A program made the translations under genes and the position numbers. From Felis catus (lineage: Eukaryota): 64,000 bases of DNA. The stretch covers positions 34,040,001 through 34,104,000 of the forward strand of contig NC_058368.1 in the NCBI RefSeq assembly GCF_018350175.1, read 5' to 3'. Shown here one piece after another: positions 37,386 through 51,430 of this stretch; within the stretch, counting starts at the first letter, position 1, and every line of letters starts with the position of its first letter. Under the pieces are notes generated by a model. The model was given only the letters and a program-made list of their open reading frames with translations. It did not search any database and had not been told where the DNA came from.

Positions 37386-39368
37386 AAATAAAGACTAAAA
37401 AATTAAAAAAATAAAATGTTTGATTTTAAAAACATATATATGAATGTTGTACATATAACATATATGTTCATATATACATATGTATACATGTTATATAGAC
37501 AGCATTCATATATATTTACATACACTTACAATGATTTCAGAGGAGAACAATACCAGACAAACTTTTATGCAAAGGATGGTGTTTCTGCAGGTTCACCTAC
37601 ACTGAAAGTTTTAGCTTCCCTGTGTAGACAACAAAGGGAAACATTCTGGTCAGGTAGTCAGGTGATAAAATAGCAGTGTGATTCAAATAAAGTAAAAATA
37701 TTGATAATAAAATAAAAGCTTTGAATCTAGTTTTATACATTGACATTTAGTTTTCTTTGCGCCATAATTTTTATTAGTCTTCTCTAAGACTTCTGAATTA
37801 GCTTAACGAACAAATCCAAATTCATGATCTAATATATACTGAAGAAGCAAGTAAGTGGAGAGAGAAGATAATCCTATGCTATTGCTACCATATTTTTGTA
37901 TTTATGTATGATTCGCTTTTACTTCCTGAACACGCCCTTATAAGAAATGACCAAAACTAATATTATTAAATTTAAAATAATCGTGGACAAAAAAGTCAGT
38001 TAACATTCTTTATTAATTGTTTTCAAAGAGGTGGAATTTATAATGTAAAAGAAGTCATTTCTGCCACATGTTTAAAGCCAGAATTAAATCTAAGATGTGC
38101 TGAACGTTAATACATGTGTTGCGTAAAATCTGTTGCTGGGCTTGCATGGGATTCACAGACATGGCTTAATCGAGACACAAAGTGATGTGTGCCATGCATT
38201 CAAAATTAGCACCTGGCCCAGGGCCACTAAATTTGGCATCCCAAGAACTGATTCTATCCTCTGCCAAGTTTCTGCAGAGACTAGACTCACTGAATTCTGA
38301 ATCACAGCCTCTAATTTCCCCTTCAACAGACTCTCTTTGAATTGTGGGATGGGAGAAACTTGCAAGTGAACATAAAAATTGAATGTGAAATATAGAACTC
38401 TCCAACGAAGAACATTCTAGATAAAAGATGGATACAGAACATGAAATATTTCCAATTAATCAACTGTAATGTGGACAGCTTACTAGCCAGCTCACCCTGC
38501 GTTCAATTTGTTTGTTTCTTACACAAACAGAGAGCACACTACAGACTGCCCGCACTGCCAAACTCCAAAGAAATACTTGAGAGCTTATGAATTTTGCATA
38601 CCATAAATTTCCTTGACAGGTCTCATCACATTGTAAGCAATATTTTTTATTAGACAACTTTGTGGAAGAAATGGCATTTTGCCCTAATATCAAACTAACC
38701 AATTCTGTCATGGTTGGCATCTTCATTACATTATTAAATACATCAGTCAATACCACCTGGTGTGATTGAGGCTTGTTATGTAACTCAGATGGTTGTTAAA
38801 AACTCTGTAGTGGTGGTGGTTGTTGTCATCGTTAAATCGACAGGCAGAAAATATTTGATTGAAATTTCAGAAAAAATATGTATCACCACTGCAGCTATTT
38901 CTGATTCAAAATAATGAATTGACCTTTTCTCAGATTATGCCCCAAATCATTTTATGGGTGTGTTCCAGTGAAAGTACGATGTGAATATTTGATTCTACGG
39001 GATTTCAGCTTTGCGTAGCATACTGCGACCCAGGAAACCTAGCACCTGAGAATTCCAAGGGGATCACAACTGAATGAGGTGGCAAATGTGAGAGGAACTT
39101 GAAAAGGCTTGCTTTGAATTGAAAAGAGGGAGGGTAAAAACACTTAAGGAAGAGGCGATTTAATAGAAGAAAAAGGAATCATTCTTTAGTTTTTTTTTTT
39201 TTAATAACTCTAAAGAAAGAGCTTCGTAACTTTTCTCAGAGGTCAATATGGTAATTTTTAAATAGGTAGAAATAATGCTAAGGGAGAGAAAACTCAAAGA
39301 AACAAATTGCAAGTGTTTAGCTTCCTCTTCTCTCAAAGCTCATTAAGAGAGTTTGAAATGCCTAATAA

Positions 39369-39588
39369 GGGGCGCCTGGGTGGCTCAGCCAGTGGAGCCT
39401 CCTACTTGGGCTTGTGTCGTGATCTGGCAGTTCCTGGGTTCAAGCTCTGCGTTGAGCTCTGTGCTGACAGCTCAGAGCCTGGAGCCTGCTTCGGATTCTG
39501 TATCTCCCTCTCTCTCTGCCTCTCCCCAGCTTGCACTCTGTCTCTCTCTCTCAAAAATAAATAAACATTAATTTTTTTAAAAAAATAC
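39369..39588 (+). mobile_element. Can-SINE
   Basis: TSD ATGCCTAATAA at 39358-39368 and 39589-39599. Confidence 0.94.
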
Positions 39589-39814
39589 ATGCCTAATAAA
39601 GCAACGGCAAAGGATCAAGTTAAATTTCCACTGGCAAAGTCAGCATTATTTAAAAAAATATATATCAGTATCTAATCTGGAAAAAGCAATTTAATTTCTG
39701 ATTTTCCCCAAATCCTGAAACCTAATGCCTTATCCCATTGTTTTTCAAAGAAAAGTCAAATATTCTTACAGTCTTATCCGGAAACAGCAAAACTTCCATG
39801 AGAAATTTATTTTT

Positions 39815-40028
39815 TTTTAATTTTTTTTTCAACGTTTATTTATTTTTGGGACAGAGAGAGACAGAGCATGAACGGGGGAGGGGCAGAGAGGGAGACACAG
39901 AATCGGAAACAGGCTCCAGGCTCCGAGCCATCAGCCCAGAGCCCGACGCAGGGCTCGAACTCACGGACCGCGAGATCGTGACCTGGCTGAAGTCGGACGC
40001 TTAACCGACTGCGCCACCCAGGCACCCC
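39815..40028 (-). mobile_element. Young Can-SINE (SINEC_Fc)
   Basis: Nearly identical to the 9386 copy; TSD GAAATTTATTTTT at 39802-39814 and 40029-40041. Confidence 0.97.
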
Positions 40029-43000
40029 GAAATTTATTTTTGATATACCTGAACTCTTAGGATTCCACAAGAAGAAATCTTGGTAATAGACCACATTGAA
40101 ACAATTTATATCTGACTCACTTGAAATAAAAATGAAAAGTTGGTGGAAGATTCCTTAATCCAAACGGAACCTGACTATCACCATGCACTTTCAACAGTAC
40201 TTTGTAAAGGATATCAAGTGTAAAAAAATCTTCTGAAAATGTAAAATATTTAGGTTTAAGAGATACACATATTTTAATACTTCTACTCAATAAACATAGT
40301 TCTTTTATTTAAGATCAAATTATTCTTAAAAAAAATAAATGCCTCAATGTATATATGCCTGTAAGGCGAATCTCAAGTTTAAAAAATTTAAAAATGACCA
40401 CCTGAGAAAACTAATCCCCTGGAAAGATTCCCCTTTAATTCTTACAACGCTCTTATCTCTGCCAACAGAAAACCCTTGCTGAACCCTGGGAGAGGGGAAG
40501 AAGGGGTTGTGTCACAAGTAATTATCAGAGCTCCCACACCTTACCTGACAAAAACAGACTGTGTGTTATTGCACATTTAAATATCACCAATAAACTCTAC
40601 TGAATACTTTGGTAACGTCAGGGTCATTTACTAGAAAGCTCATATACTATAATCTCATTAAAAGACTTTCGTTGTCTTTATCCCATTTCAGTTTCTTGGC
40701 TTAAGCTTTTTCTCGGGAAACTATCCCTGTTCAGTTTTCATCACTCTTTCATCTTTCAGAGATCTCAGGAAATAATAACTAAACTTGACATGCAGTTCAT
40801 AATTTAATATTAAATACCTGAGAATATACTGAATCCACATTTGGGAGATCAGTTGAAGGTATGAATGGTCCATTCGATGCTGGATCTCCCAGTAACTAGA
40901 TTATGTTAAGAACACAGTAAAAAGGGGTTTAAAAGTAAAGTTTCAAAGTAAGTTTTATGTTTGGTATTTTTTAAAGGGTCAAATTGATTATGAGGAGAAT
41001 AAAATAATTATTGGATCTCCTCACAAATACGTTTTGTGTTCATAATATTTTTATTTTGAATGATGTACAAAGGGGTGCGATATTCAATTTTATGTGTAAA
41101 TTCCATGTGATAGCTATGTATCTATCATCTCTCCATCATCTGTCTCTGTCCCATTTGTTCGCTAGTGAATGCCAACTAATGCAAGTGGTGTACCACAATA
41201 TTATCAATGCTCAGGACCAATTTGTTTACTAGTAGTTAGGTTTGGGACAGTTGAGAACCAGACTGGGACATGTAATCTGAGTTAATTTTGTGTCCAAGGC
41301 ATGTACAAGTTGATTCTCCCAAACGTCTTCATCGAAAGAGTTGCCACGGAAAGTAACTACCTCGCTGTTTTAAAATTTAAGTAGAAGTCAGTAAACAAAT
41401 GGAGGGATAGAGAAATTGGTGTTAAGAAGGGAATTCTCGAAAAGGGAAGGAGTACATACGAATCCAGGATGACTGAAAGATTGTGACTTGGTTACAAAAT
41501 TATATTAGTAGGAAACTTTACACTATGATGATTGAATGCTGTCAAAACGTACCAGCCTATTGAATGAGTTTTTGGCAAGTACATTGTAGAGGAAGTTTTC
41601 TCAATATTTCCTTGCAATATCTCTACCTCCTTAAAGTAGAACATACCTAAAAGTCGTCAGTTGTCAACAAATTATTTGCATCATTGCATTAGTTAATTGT
41701 GTCCAAGAATCAATGCAAAACTAGGTATGAATTTCATACGTTGAAAGTTCTTGACTGAATAAAAAAGAGGAAATCTAGAAATTATATCCAAACAGGAGTG
41801 CAAATCAAATAAAACTCAAGTTAACCACAATTAATTTAAGACGGTGAATGATTGTGTTTTGTTGAAACTAAACTGCCATTTGAAACGTGAATAAGAATAT
41901 GACACAATGCTCTGTTTAGGGATTGATTGCAGGTGGTTTCAAGTTAGGCATTGCTAAACTACTGTGCATCTTATAATGACACAAATCTCCTACCACTTTC
42001 CTCTTCTAGAACTATTGTAAAACATTCATTAGTACACATACCCTGATGTCTTTTGTAATGAATGCTTTATTTACATATTAATTGTCTCTATTCGTTTCTC
42101 TTTAGCTTACTGCAATATAGTGTGGTATAGGTCTTAACTAAATGACTAAAATTTTTATGATTTAAGAAATGAAAACGTACACTTTGAAAGCTCTGGTAGA
42201 GAATATTCTGACACTCAAGGATATATCTGCATATCGCAGAGAACATATGGGCCCTGATTAAGAGAAACTTCTACTATAGAAAGATTTTTTTACTGTGCTT
42301 ATTTATTATCCTAAGACTTTTTAGTCCAAATTCTTTTTGTTCTCCTTATCTTGGGCCTCATATTTTTTTTTCCTCCAGAATATATGCATTCGATTTTGAA
42401 ATGGCAAAAGGATGTGCCATAGAAACATAATGAAACACATGGTCCAACATTAGTAATTGATTTTATAAATATAAGTAGAGTTTATGCCCTTATACACAAC
42501 TCATTTGTAAAAAGCTAATCATTGCCATCCAGGGAATTTCCACCACATGGCAATGAGTTTAGGTGACACGATAGTCTCCCAAATGAAAAAGGTCAATGAG
42601 ATAAGGCATTGCTTAACAAATCTTTAAATTTCTCCATTTTGGCAAAGTTTCTAACAAGGAAGCAAGAAGTGGCATTGAAGTGTCTCATTCTCACCTTGAT
42701 GAGCCCTTAAAATGTAATTTACTGTTGCTCTCAATTACTATATATTATACAAGTGATGACTATTTTTGGCTTACAGCAGCCTCACAATCAAATGATGAAG
42801 AATAAATGTAATGATCGGTTCTTTTTTAACAGAAATCTAGTGTTAAAGCAAAAAAGATATTTAGACTAATCTGTACGACTCCCACTTGGAGTTTTAATAA
42901 ACTGCCAAAACAATGTGCTAAAACCAGAGTAAAAGAGTTATTCCAAGAAGACAGATATTTTTCCCAAGGAAAATCAGTGATTTCCTTCAAAAGGAAGTGA

Positions 43001-43944
43001 TAATTTGGTATGTTTCCAAATGTGTTATTTGTATTAATTATCTAGATTCTAGAAGGTCTTATTTCACATCGCTAAGAAACTTTGCAACCAGCAATGAATT
43101 CAAATGTTCTGAGTATGGCAAGCATTTGATAATATACTTTGATTGTAAATACGTTTTCTGAAGTTCTATCACATGTGCCATATATATATCTCATGATATA
43201 TATGTATGTACATACATTGGTTGTTTAGGGTCTACATGGTGGCCAAAAGCAAAACAACAAAACAAAGCAAACTAACTGAAAAACATTGGCAGGAAAGATG
43301 ATACATATGGATGTGGGTGGCAGTGTTTGAACAACAGATCTGGTCGTCCCTAAGGGAATATTTTAGGGAAAAAAAATATTTATACCAAACTAGTGCATTG
43401 TGTTACATTGCATGAGGGTTTCTACCAAATATTTGTGTGCTATCAAAATGATAACCTTTGCCATATTTGGCTTGGTGCCTTTAGATCTCAATTATGAGAC
43501 AGAATTTTAGATGTTGCCTTGCTCTCTCTTTGTCTTACACGTTTAAAATTTTGTTTCTCTTTTACAGAGTTAGTTTAAAAATATTGAGTTTGAATTATTT
43601 ACGTATATATTGAACAACATGAATAACTCTCTGTATTGATTTCACCAGGCCCATCATTTGGACTAAAAACAAACAAGCAGAACCAATATATTTGAGATTC
43701 ACTATGTAATAATATTATTTTTCTTAATTTTTAAAAACTAAACAAACTCACAGAGAGAATATGACATAATTCATAAAGAGTCTCAGGGTTTACTTGCCTA
43801 TAATTAAAATACTAATTAGGCAGAAAATTCTGAGGAACAATTGTGCTCTACTTTTGTTTCTTGTAGGCCCCTGTTTTGGCCCTTCCTCATTTCAGTTTTT
43901 CAACTCTTTGTACAATTGTGGAGATTTCTTCATTCAGAAGGTCA

Positions 43945-44830
43945 TGCATTTATTCCATCACTGTTTACATTAAACCTACTAACTGTCAGACACTGTTTTA
44001 AGTCTCTGGGATAAAACTGTGAACAACACAGACAAAACCCTTCTTTATGCAGTTTAGATTGTAACATGCCCCAGGTTAAATAATCAAGTAAACAGTGCAG
44101 ATACTTTCAGATGGTGATATATGCCATGAAGATAATAAAATGGGTGATGTAATGAAGAGTAATTTGGGGGATGGGGTTACTATATTACACAACTGATGAA
44201 GTCAGGCCTCTCAGAGAAGGCAGTATTTGAGCTATAATCAAAGGAAAGAGAAAGAAAAACTAAGACATAATCCAGGACAAGAATGTTTCTTTTGAGGTGA
44301 GAACAAGATTGGCTAAGTTAGAAAAAACAAATTAAACTAATGAATGGAAGTTAGTGAGCAAGGAGGCAACTAATAAAAGACATAATCTTCGAAACAGTAA
44401 CCAGACCAAATTCTTAAAAATGATTCTAATTTAATTTAATTAAAATTATAAAAAGATCATTCTTTTATGAGGTGAATGATTTATTTGGCATTGAGAATAT
44501 AAATAGAGACATTGCTCTATAGGCTACTGGAGATCCATGAGAGAAGTGATCATAGCCCAGATTAGAGGAATGTTGGATAGACTGAGAGACACAGACAGAT
44601 TTGAGATCTATTATGAACATATAACTGATGGGCAGGTGGGTGAAAGGAAGAGAAAATCATGAAGCAAAGAAGACAAAAAGATTCAAAGATAATTTTCAGG
44701 TTTTTAGTGAATAACAGTAGACTGCTGTATTTTCTGCAGTGGGGAAAATAAAGAGAGACAGGATTAGGTCATGGGTAGTAAGAGTTTTCAACATGTTACT
44801 TTTGAATTCCATGTTGAATTATTAAATTTA
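43945..44830 (-). mobile_element. L2 fragment
   Basis: CATTTATTCC...TGTCAGACACTGTTTTAAGTCTCTGGGATAAAACTGTGAACAACACAGACAAAACCC...GGCCTCTCAGAGAAGG. Confidence 0.8.
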
Positions 44831-45216
44831 GCCCAGTAGAGACAGTTTAAACGGACCAATTTTCAATAATGAAGTAGAGAATGTTATCAGAGTGCCACCC
44901 TCCCCAAAATAGCAGCAGATTTAGATGGAAAAATAACCTCGAATTTCCCAATGCTATTTAAATTATACAAAACTTTACACTTCTGAATGCTATTTAACAT
45001 TTTCTGAAACATTGAAAAAGTATCTAATTAAAACCTATCACTAAATCCCCACCCCCAAATGGCTACAGTTTTACTCATAAATATCCATATAAAGAAATTC
45101 CAAAGAAAATCTTGAGAAGCAATAAGATAAGATGTAATGACTAAAAAACACTAAAGTGGTTTTTATTCAAGGATTGTGAGGATGATTCAACATTAGGAGA
45201 TCCTGTAATATAATCT

Positions 45217-45428
45217 TTTTTTGTTTAAAATGTTTCCTTATTTATTTTGAGAGAGAGACCACGTGCACACACATGCAAGCAAGCGAGTTGCAGAGGAGAG
45301 AGAACGCCAAGCAGGCTCTACACTCAGCATGGAGCCAGACGCGGGGCTCGATCTCAAGACCACGAGATCATGACCTGAGCCAAAATCGAGAGTCCGACAC
45401 GTAACCGACTGAGCCATCCAGGCACCTC
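45217..45428 (-). mobile_element. Can-SINE
   Basis: TSD AATATAATCT at 45207-45216 and 45431-45440. Confidence 0.92.
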
Positions 45429-45802
45429 ACAATATAATCTACTTTCATAATGGATACAGGAGAAGAAGCAGTATCAACTCCTTAAAAACTGCAAATATAT
45501 TCAACAAAATTTAGTATCCTTTCCTAATTTTAAAATGTTCATATGATGGATGGAGAATACTTAATAATCTAAAATTGAGCCATGGGAGTTTTCCTACTAA
45601 AGTCAACAAAACAGAATCCCGGTATGTCCATTCCTACTTAAAATTATATTTGATGTATGATCAAATGCAAGCATAAAAATAATCATCTAGACATATAAGA
45701 ATTACAAGGGAAAAGGTAAATTGTTTGTGTTTGCAGAGGGCATAATACCTAACCTAGAGATACTAAAAGATAAAAGAAAACATTAAAAAAAAACAAAAAC
45801 AG

Positions 45803-46017
45803 GGGGCGCCTGGGTGGCTCTATAGGTTGAGCGTCCAACTTCGGCTCAGGTCATGATCTCCTGGTTTGTGAGTTTGAGCCCCACGTCGGGGCTCAGAGCC
45901 TGGACAGCTCAGAGCCTGGAGCCTGCTTCAGATTCTGTGTCCTCCCCCCCCAACCTCCCCCCCATTTGTGCTCTGTCTCTCTCTGTCTTTCAAAAATGAA
46001 TAAACTTTTAAAAAATT
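45803..46017 (+). mobile_element. Can-SINE
   Basis: Head and tail; TSD AAACAAAAACA. Confidence 0.93.
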
Positions 46018-46986
46018 AAAACAAAAACAAAAACAAAATTAATATACAAAATAAAATCATTTAGTAAATATGCATAAAATAAATGAAAATTGGGAGACAT
46101 AACAGGAGAACTCATTTGTAAATGTAAAAAAAAAGGATAGAATACTTCAAAATAAACTAAGAAATGTAGGAAAACTCTAGGAGGAAAAAATACTTGGAAT
46201 ACTTATAATATTTCTAAAAGATATAAAAATACTTGGAGTACTAGAAATACTTTTGAAAGACATAAAAGAAGACTTGAACCAACTGGAAAGAATACACCAT
46301 GTTCTTTGATGGGGCAACTCAGTTTCATAAAAATTTCCATTCTACCAAGTTAATACTAAATTTAATGCAATACCAATGCTTTTACTATTTTTTTAACATG
46401 TAAGACATTAATTCTATAGTCCAAATGGAAAAAAAAATTTTTTGTCTTAACTCTAAGAACTGAAAGAGTTTGGATGCTATGCTATACTTGATGCACTGAG
46501 ATCGCTAGATCCTAGATCTTAGTTTCAAAAAACCATTCCTACCTGAAGGAATCAGGGCTTCTTGATGAAGGATTTAGATCCATGTGAAGTCATTCCTCTT
46601 GACCAACTTCAGGACAATTTAAATTTTGAGAAGAATCATGGATTCCAGTAATTAGTGTAACATATTGCATAAATGAAGTCCATGAGACCACAGTGATATG
46701 AAAAAAAAAAAAGAGAAAGAAAAAAATAGCTACTATTAGAGGTGTAACTATCACACTAGCTTTGAAAATCAGTAACTATGTTAAAAGAATTAAGCATTTA
46801 CCCATTCCCATCTTTTTATTTTTTTTTTAATTTTAATGAGTAACCAGTTTACCCCCAAGGTATCAGGGAAACATGTATCTACAGAAGAACACCAACAGAT
46901 AAAGAAGAAATGATAAAATTAAAGAAATTCTACAATTTGCAATGAAATGATTCATTCAAGCAAGAATCATTAAAAGATACTTCTAC

Positions 46987-47200
46987 GGGGCACCTGGGTA
47001 GCTCAGTTGGTTAAGCATCTGACTCTTGATTTTGGCTCAGGTCACGATCTCACTGTTTTGTGGGTTTGAGCCTTGCATTGAGCTCTGTGCTGACCACACA
47101 GAGACTGCTTGGGATTCTCCCTCTCTCTCTCCCCCTCCCTGTGCTTGCACTCTCTTGTCTCTCAAAATAAATATAAACTTTAATTTAAACAATAAAAATA
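46987..47200 (+). mobile_element. Can-SINE
   Basis: GGGGCACCTGGGTAGCTCAG head and A-rich tail. Confidence 0.92.
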
Positions 47201-48514
47201 AAATATATTTCTACAATGAAAAACACCATCTTTCAGATTAGTTGCTACTTGCAAAGGAGAAAAATATCTTCTCAATAGTGATCTTCTGGTCACAACCTTA
47301 AAGAAGTGATCAAACTTAACATCACTTAGTGAAACAATCTGATGTCATGTGCCTCCTGATAAATATAATATAAAGAGTCCAGAATTATGTATGATATATT
47401 CTTACCCGAATTCTTTATTTGGATTTAAAATAAGATCTCAAGACTAACACTCACTTTACAGAAAATGCCAGGGATATAAAAACAGATTCAATGAAGCCAT
47501 AAAAAAAAATAGATAAATTCAGCATATGGGATATTTAAAGGTAACTGGCTTGGTCTTTTTAAAATTCAATACCCTGCAAAAAAAATCTTAGTGAGGATTT
47601 CTGTCAAAGAGAGGCCAAAAAGACATAATAATCAAATTCAATGTGATTATGTTTTGGATTTCATGTATATTTAGAATTAAATGTTAAGATGTCAACAATT
47701 TATTTTTGAACGTTTCAAGATAGGGATGATAGATAGTAGATAGATAGATATTAGTGAAACAATGTAAAATGTTAATCAGTAAATATAAGGACGTGGTGTT
47801 TCATATACTATTATTTGAAATTTTTTCTATTTCAAAAATTTTAGGATTTGAAGTGGGAGGAAACAGAGGAGACATTGAGGCTGGAGATGAGAAACAAGGG
47901 TCATCAAACAATATCAGCAAGCCATGACTTGGAGTTACCAACACAGTACCTGAATTCCCATGCATTATGAAGGCTCCTCTTGTATTTATTTCATGAATAA
48001 ACAACATTTCTCCTTTTTCTTTAGAGAAACCAGTAACCTTGGGAACTTTCAGACAAAGGCAAAAAGGGCTGTAATTTCTCCTTCAAAACTGGATCTTAGC
48101 GAAACAGTGCACTGAGAAAGACAACAATCTGGTAAATAAAAACAGTTTATGATTAACAAAATACCTATATTATTCACTTTCCCTAAAAAATATAGATCTT
48201 TTAAAGGAATTTGGAACACTATGAAGGGGGTCTATTTATGCCACTAAAGTGGTGACTTAAAAATGAACATTAGGTGTTAACGCTTTCCAGGGAATTGAAA
48301 ATAATTGGTATTTTTGAATAAACTTGTATAGCATTTAAAGTTTATAAAATGGTTTTGCACAAACATATTTGTTGGCATAGGAAGAATAGACATGTGATGC
48401 ATGTGCTTAAAGCCTAATATTCTTGTAATAAGAATGTTTGTCCTCCTAACCCTCCAGCTGTCCTGCATCTCTTTTCTAAACATTCTATTTCTCTAATATT
48501 ATGATATAAAACAG

Positions 48515-48790
48515 TAAATGCTAAGTAAAGGTTTACCGTGTATTGGGCACTGTTTTAAGTGCTTTATAATTTTTCAGCTATTTATTCCTTATAATATTCC
48601 TATGTAGTTATGTATGATTATTACCTTAACTGTATCAATGAATAAAATGATACGAATAAAATAAGCTTTAAAATAGTTTAGAGCTTCTATAACTTGCTCA
48701 AGGATATATAAATAGTAAGGGTGAAAGCACAATTTGAATCTAACCAGTGAAACTGAGGACGTCACATTCTGAACCACTGTTTTAGCACCT
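48515..48790 (-). mobile_element. MIR
   Basis: GGCACTGTTTTAAGTGCTTTA...TAACTTGCTCAAGG...ATTTGAATC. Confidence 0.7.
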
Positions 48791-49909
48791 TTATGGAAGG
48801 AGAGGCAATAAAGGATTAGCTTTATGATAACCAGGTTAGACTAACAGGCCACAAAAAGGAGAAATGATAAATAAGATGGCCATGTTTGGGTTTGGAACAG
48901 ATTCCAATCAGATTCTCTGCTTGAAGGAACAAAAGTGGAGAATTGAGAAGAACCCACAGGCAGCATAACTGAGCCCTCTGAACTCAAGTTGGAGAGTTGC
49001 CATGGCCAGTGCCATTTTGCTACTTTCTACTGCGATGGACCAGTGTGTCATATACACAAAAGAGGAGATTGTTGTCACTCCTCATCAGAAGATTAAATCT
49101 GTCAGACCTTGGAGTCCTGAGGACCTTGGTGGCAGTCTCTAAAGTAACCAGAGGAGTTGGTAGCCATCTTGCTTCACGGAGATTTTGGAAAACAGGAGTT
49201 CACAGTTCAGGGGAGACTTCCAAAAATTTTTATTCCTTGCAATCACTGTATTTTGCATTTGAAATTGAGATTCAGAGTTGTGGTGGTCCTTTAAAATTAG
49301 TAGTAAAGTAGGGTCGGAAATACTGGGGAAGTAGGTACGATTGGAAATACTCTTCAGTTTTATCCTCTTTTCTTTCGCTGAAATAAGTATAATACATAAT
49401 AAAGTTTGTATATGGTCCATTAACATTTCTCTGTCTTTTAAAATTATGTCCAGAATGTAGAAAGCAAATCTGAAGAGCTCAGGATTATCAGGCTACCTTT
49501 TTTTCAATAACAGAATGTGTGTTTACCACTTACCGTTTTGCAATAATCACTTCATCTCCACTTTGCCTGTGTAGACACAGCCAGCATTAACTTTTATGGG
49601 GTGTGAAATCAAGCAAACTGGAACTAATTGAAATGTTAGTCAACACTGTACTCAAATTGAATAAAGCAAGATTAATACGGCTCAGGTAATAATTGAAATA
49701 CACATCTCATTCCAGATAATCTCCTCTTCAAAGTAATCAGTATTTTCTATGTCATAAGACATGGGGAACAAATATATTTATGTATGTATATATGAATGTC
49801 TGTATCACCTATCTCTCTATAGATGTCCATATTTATGTGTATAAATATATTATCTAAGAATCTGACTATACCAAAGGCATATAGTACCGTGGAAAAATAG
49901 TATAACCTA

Positions 49910-50120
49910 ATGTGAATATGGCTTTTGAGTCAGAAAGATTTGGGTTCAAGCCTTAACTGTGTGACTTTTGGCAATTCATTGTCTACAAAATAAAGTTAGT
50001 GATATCTATTTCAGAGCTTAAATAATTACTATACGGTACTTAATACGATGTTCAACGAGACAATGAACTCAATGTATGGTGCAACATGAAGAACACAAAG
50101 CAGTGACCCAGTCAAATAAA
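49910..50120 (+). mobile_element. MIR fragment
   Basis: GGCTTTTGAGTCAGAAAGATTTGGGTTCAAGCC...TGTGTGACTTTTGGCAA. Confidence 0.65.
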
Positions 50121-50214
50121 ACATGTAAGCCTGTATCTATGAAAATACATTCAGTTACCCTACTTATCATACCTCATTTCCTCATTTCCTTGTCTGGGCA
50201 TGGTCAGGCCAATG

Positions 50215-50428
50215 TAGCAGTTCTCAATGGGGGACAATTTTGCATCTCAAGGGACACTTGGTAATAACATTTTTGGATTGTGGTGATGTGAGGAAAGGGG
50301 TCGTTACTTACATCTAGTGGCTAGAAGCCAGAGATAATGCTAAATATGCTACAATACCCAGGATATCTGCACACAACAAATAATTATCTGGTCCAAAATG
50401 TCCATAGCACACACACTGAGAAACCCTG
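50215..50428. mobile_element. hAT-Charlie MITE (MER20-like)
   Basis: TAGCAGTTCTCAATGGGGGACAATTTTGC...TGAGAAACCCTG. Confidence 0.8.
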
Positions 50429-51039
50429 GGTCAATCTCATGTATTTAGAAATTTAAAATGATCATATTTATCATCAGTCAATAATCCCATATTGAGTGTC
50501 TACTACATCTCAGATGAGTATTGACAGTACTCTCGTTTACAACGGGAAGGCAGGGCTCTTTTCCTCGTGGTGATTATAATTTAATTTCTCTGTTACTTTT
50601 TTTTCTGTCTCTTGTGTCCTCAAATAGTCTCAGATTAGATCCATATTTTCAGAATTTCCAGGAAGTCATTTGTGACCTCTCCAATATTCACTAATATTCT
50701 CTCCTCCAGGTGGCCACAGAACTAGTGGATGGTATCACTTCAGTACCTACTTCTCTACCCCCATCGATTGTTCTCACTAATTGTCTTTTGTACATTTTAT
50801 CTCCACAAAAAATCTTAAATAGGAATCGCAGCTCTTTCTTAAAATCCTCATTTACTGATTAATTTATACAGTACGTATAAATTCTCCATTCGTGCACTTA
50901 GATGTGCAAAAATCTTTTTTCCCTCCAACTCAAGTAAATTTTTATAGTTAGCCATTACATCTGGTAATGACAAAAATTAATGTCACTCATTCAGGATAAT
51001 TTCAACTGCTTGAGAGTTTCTCGAGTTGTTTCAGGATGA

Positions 51040-51430
51040 ATTTGATCAACAACAGCCCCACACCTTCTGAGCCTGTCTCTAGGAAGTGGTCTCCATTCTG
51101 GGATATGTATCTGGCCTGAGGAGTAGATGTCTGGGCACTTGATGGTTTCCTTATCTCAGCCAAAAGGACAGTCTGCTAGTTTAGGAAACATTCAGCCACA
51201 AAAGAGAGGGCTCTTCTTGTTCCCCATCAAGGAGCAGGGAGATCCCATGAGGCTGTGCTGCGCCCACTGTATCCTCCTGTGCCATGGGTGTCCCTTCTCC
51301 ATGCGTGGGTGGTGACATGATCTCTTCTCAGGGACACTCCCCAGCACCTGCCTATGTGATTTACTTTCCCTTCAAATTCTCTTTTATTTGAAATGATTTT
51401 CAAATGGCCTAGATGTGTCTTACGTGTGTG
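51040..51430. mobile_element. Possible ancient LTR fragment (family unresolved)
   Basis: GC-elevated ~400-bp block in an AT-rich background with LTR-like composition only. Confidence 0.3.

Larger units (their letters stand above)
44850..47830 (+). mobile_element. Old L1 (L1MC-like) ORF2 remnant and 3' end, interrupted by three SINEs
   Basis: A-rich sequence with decayed ORF2-like segments (GATGATTCAACATTAGGA; AAAGACATAAAAGAAGACTTGAAC; TTTAATGCAATACCAAT) and an L1MC-like 3' region from about 46500. No intact ORF. Confidence 0.75.

Noticed and set aside
46185..46270. Roughly 39-bp duplicated segment (AAATACTTGGA...ATAAAA)
   Set aside because: Local tandem duplication inside a decayed L1, with no sign of function.
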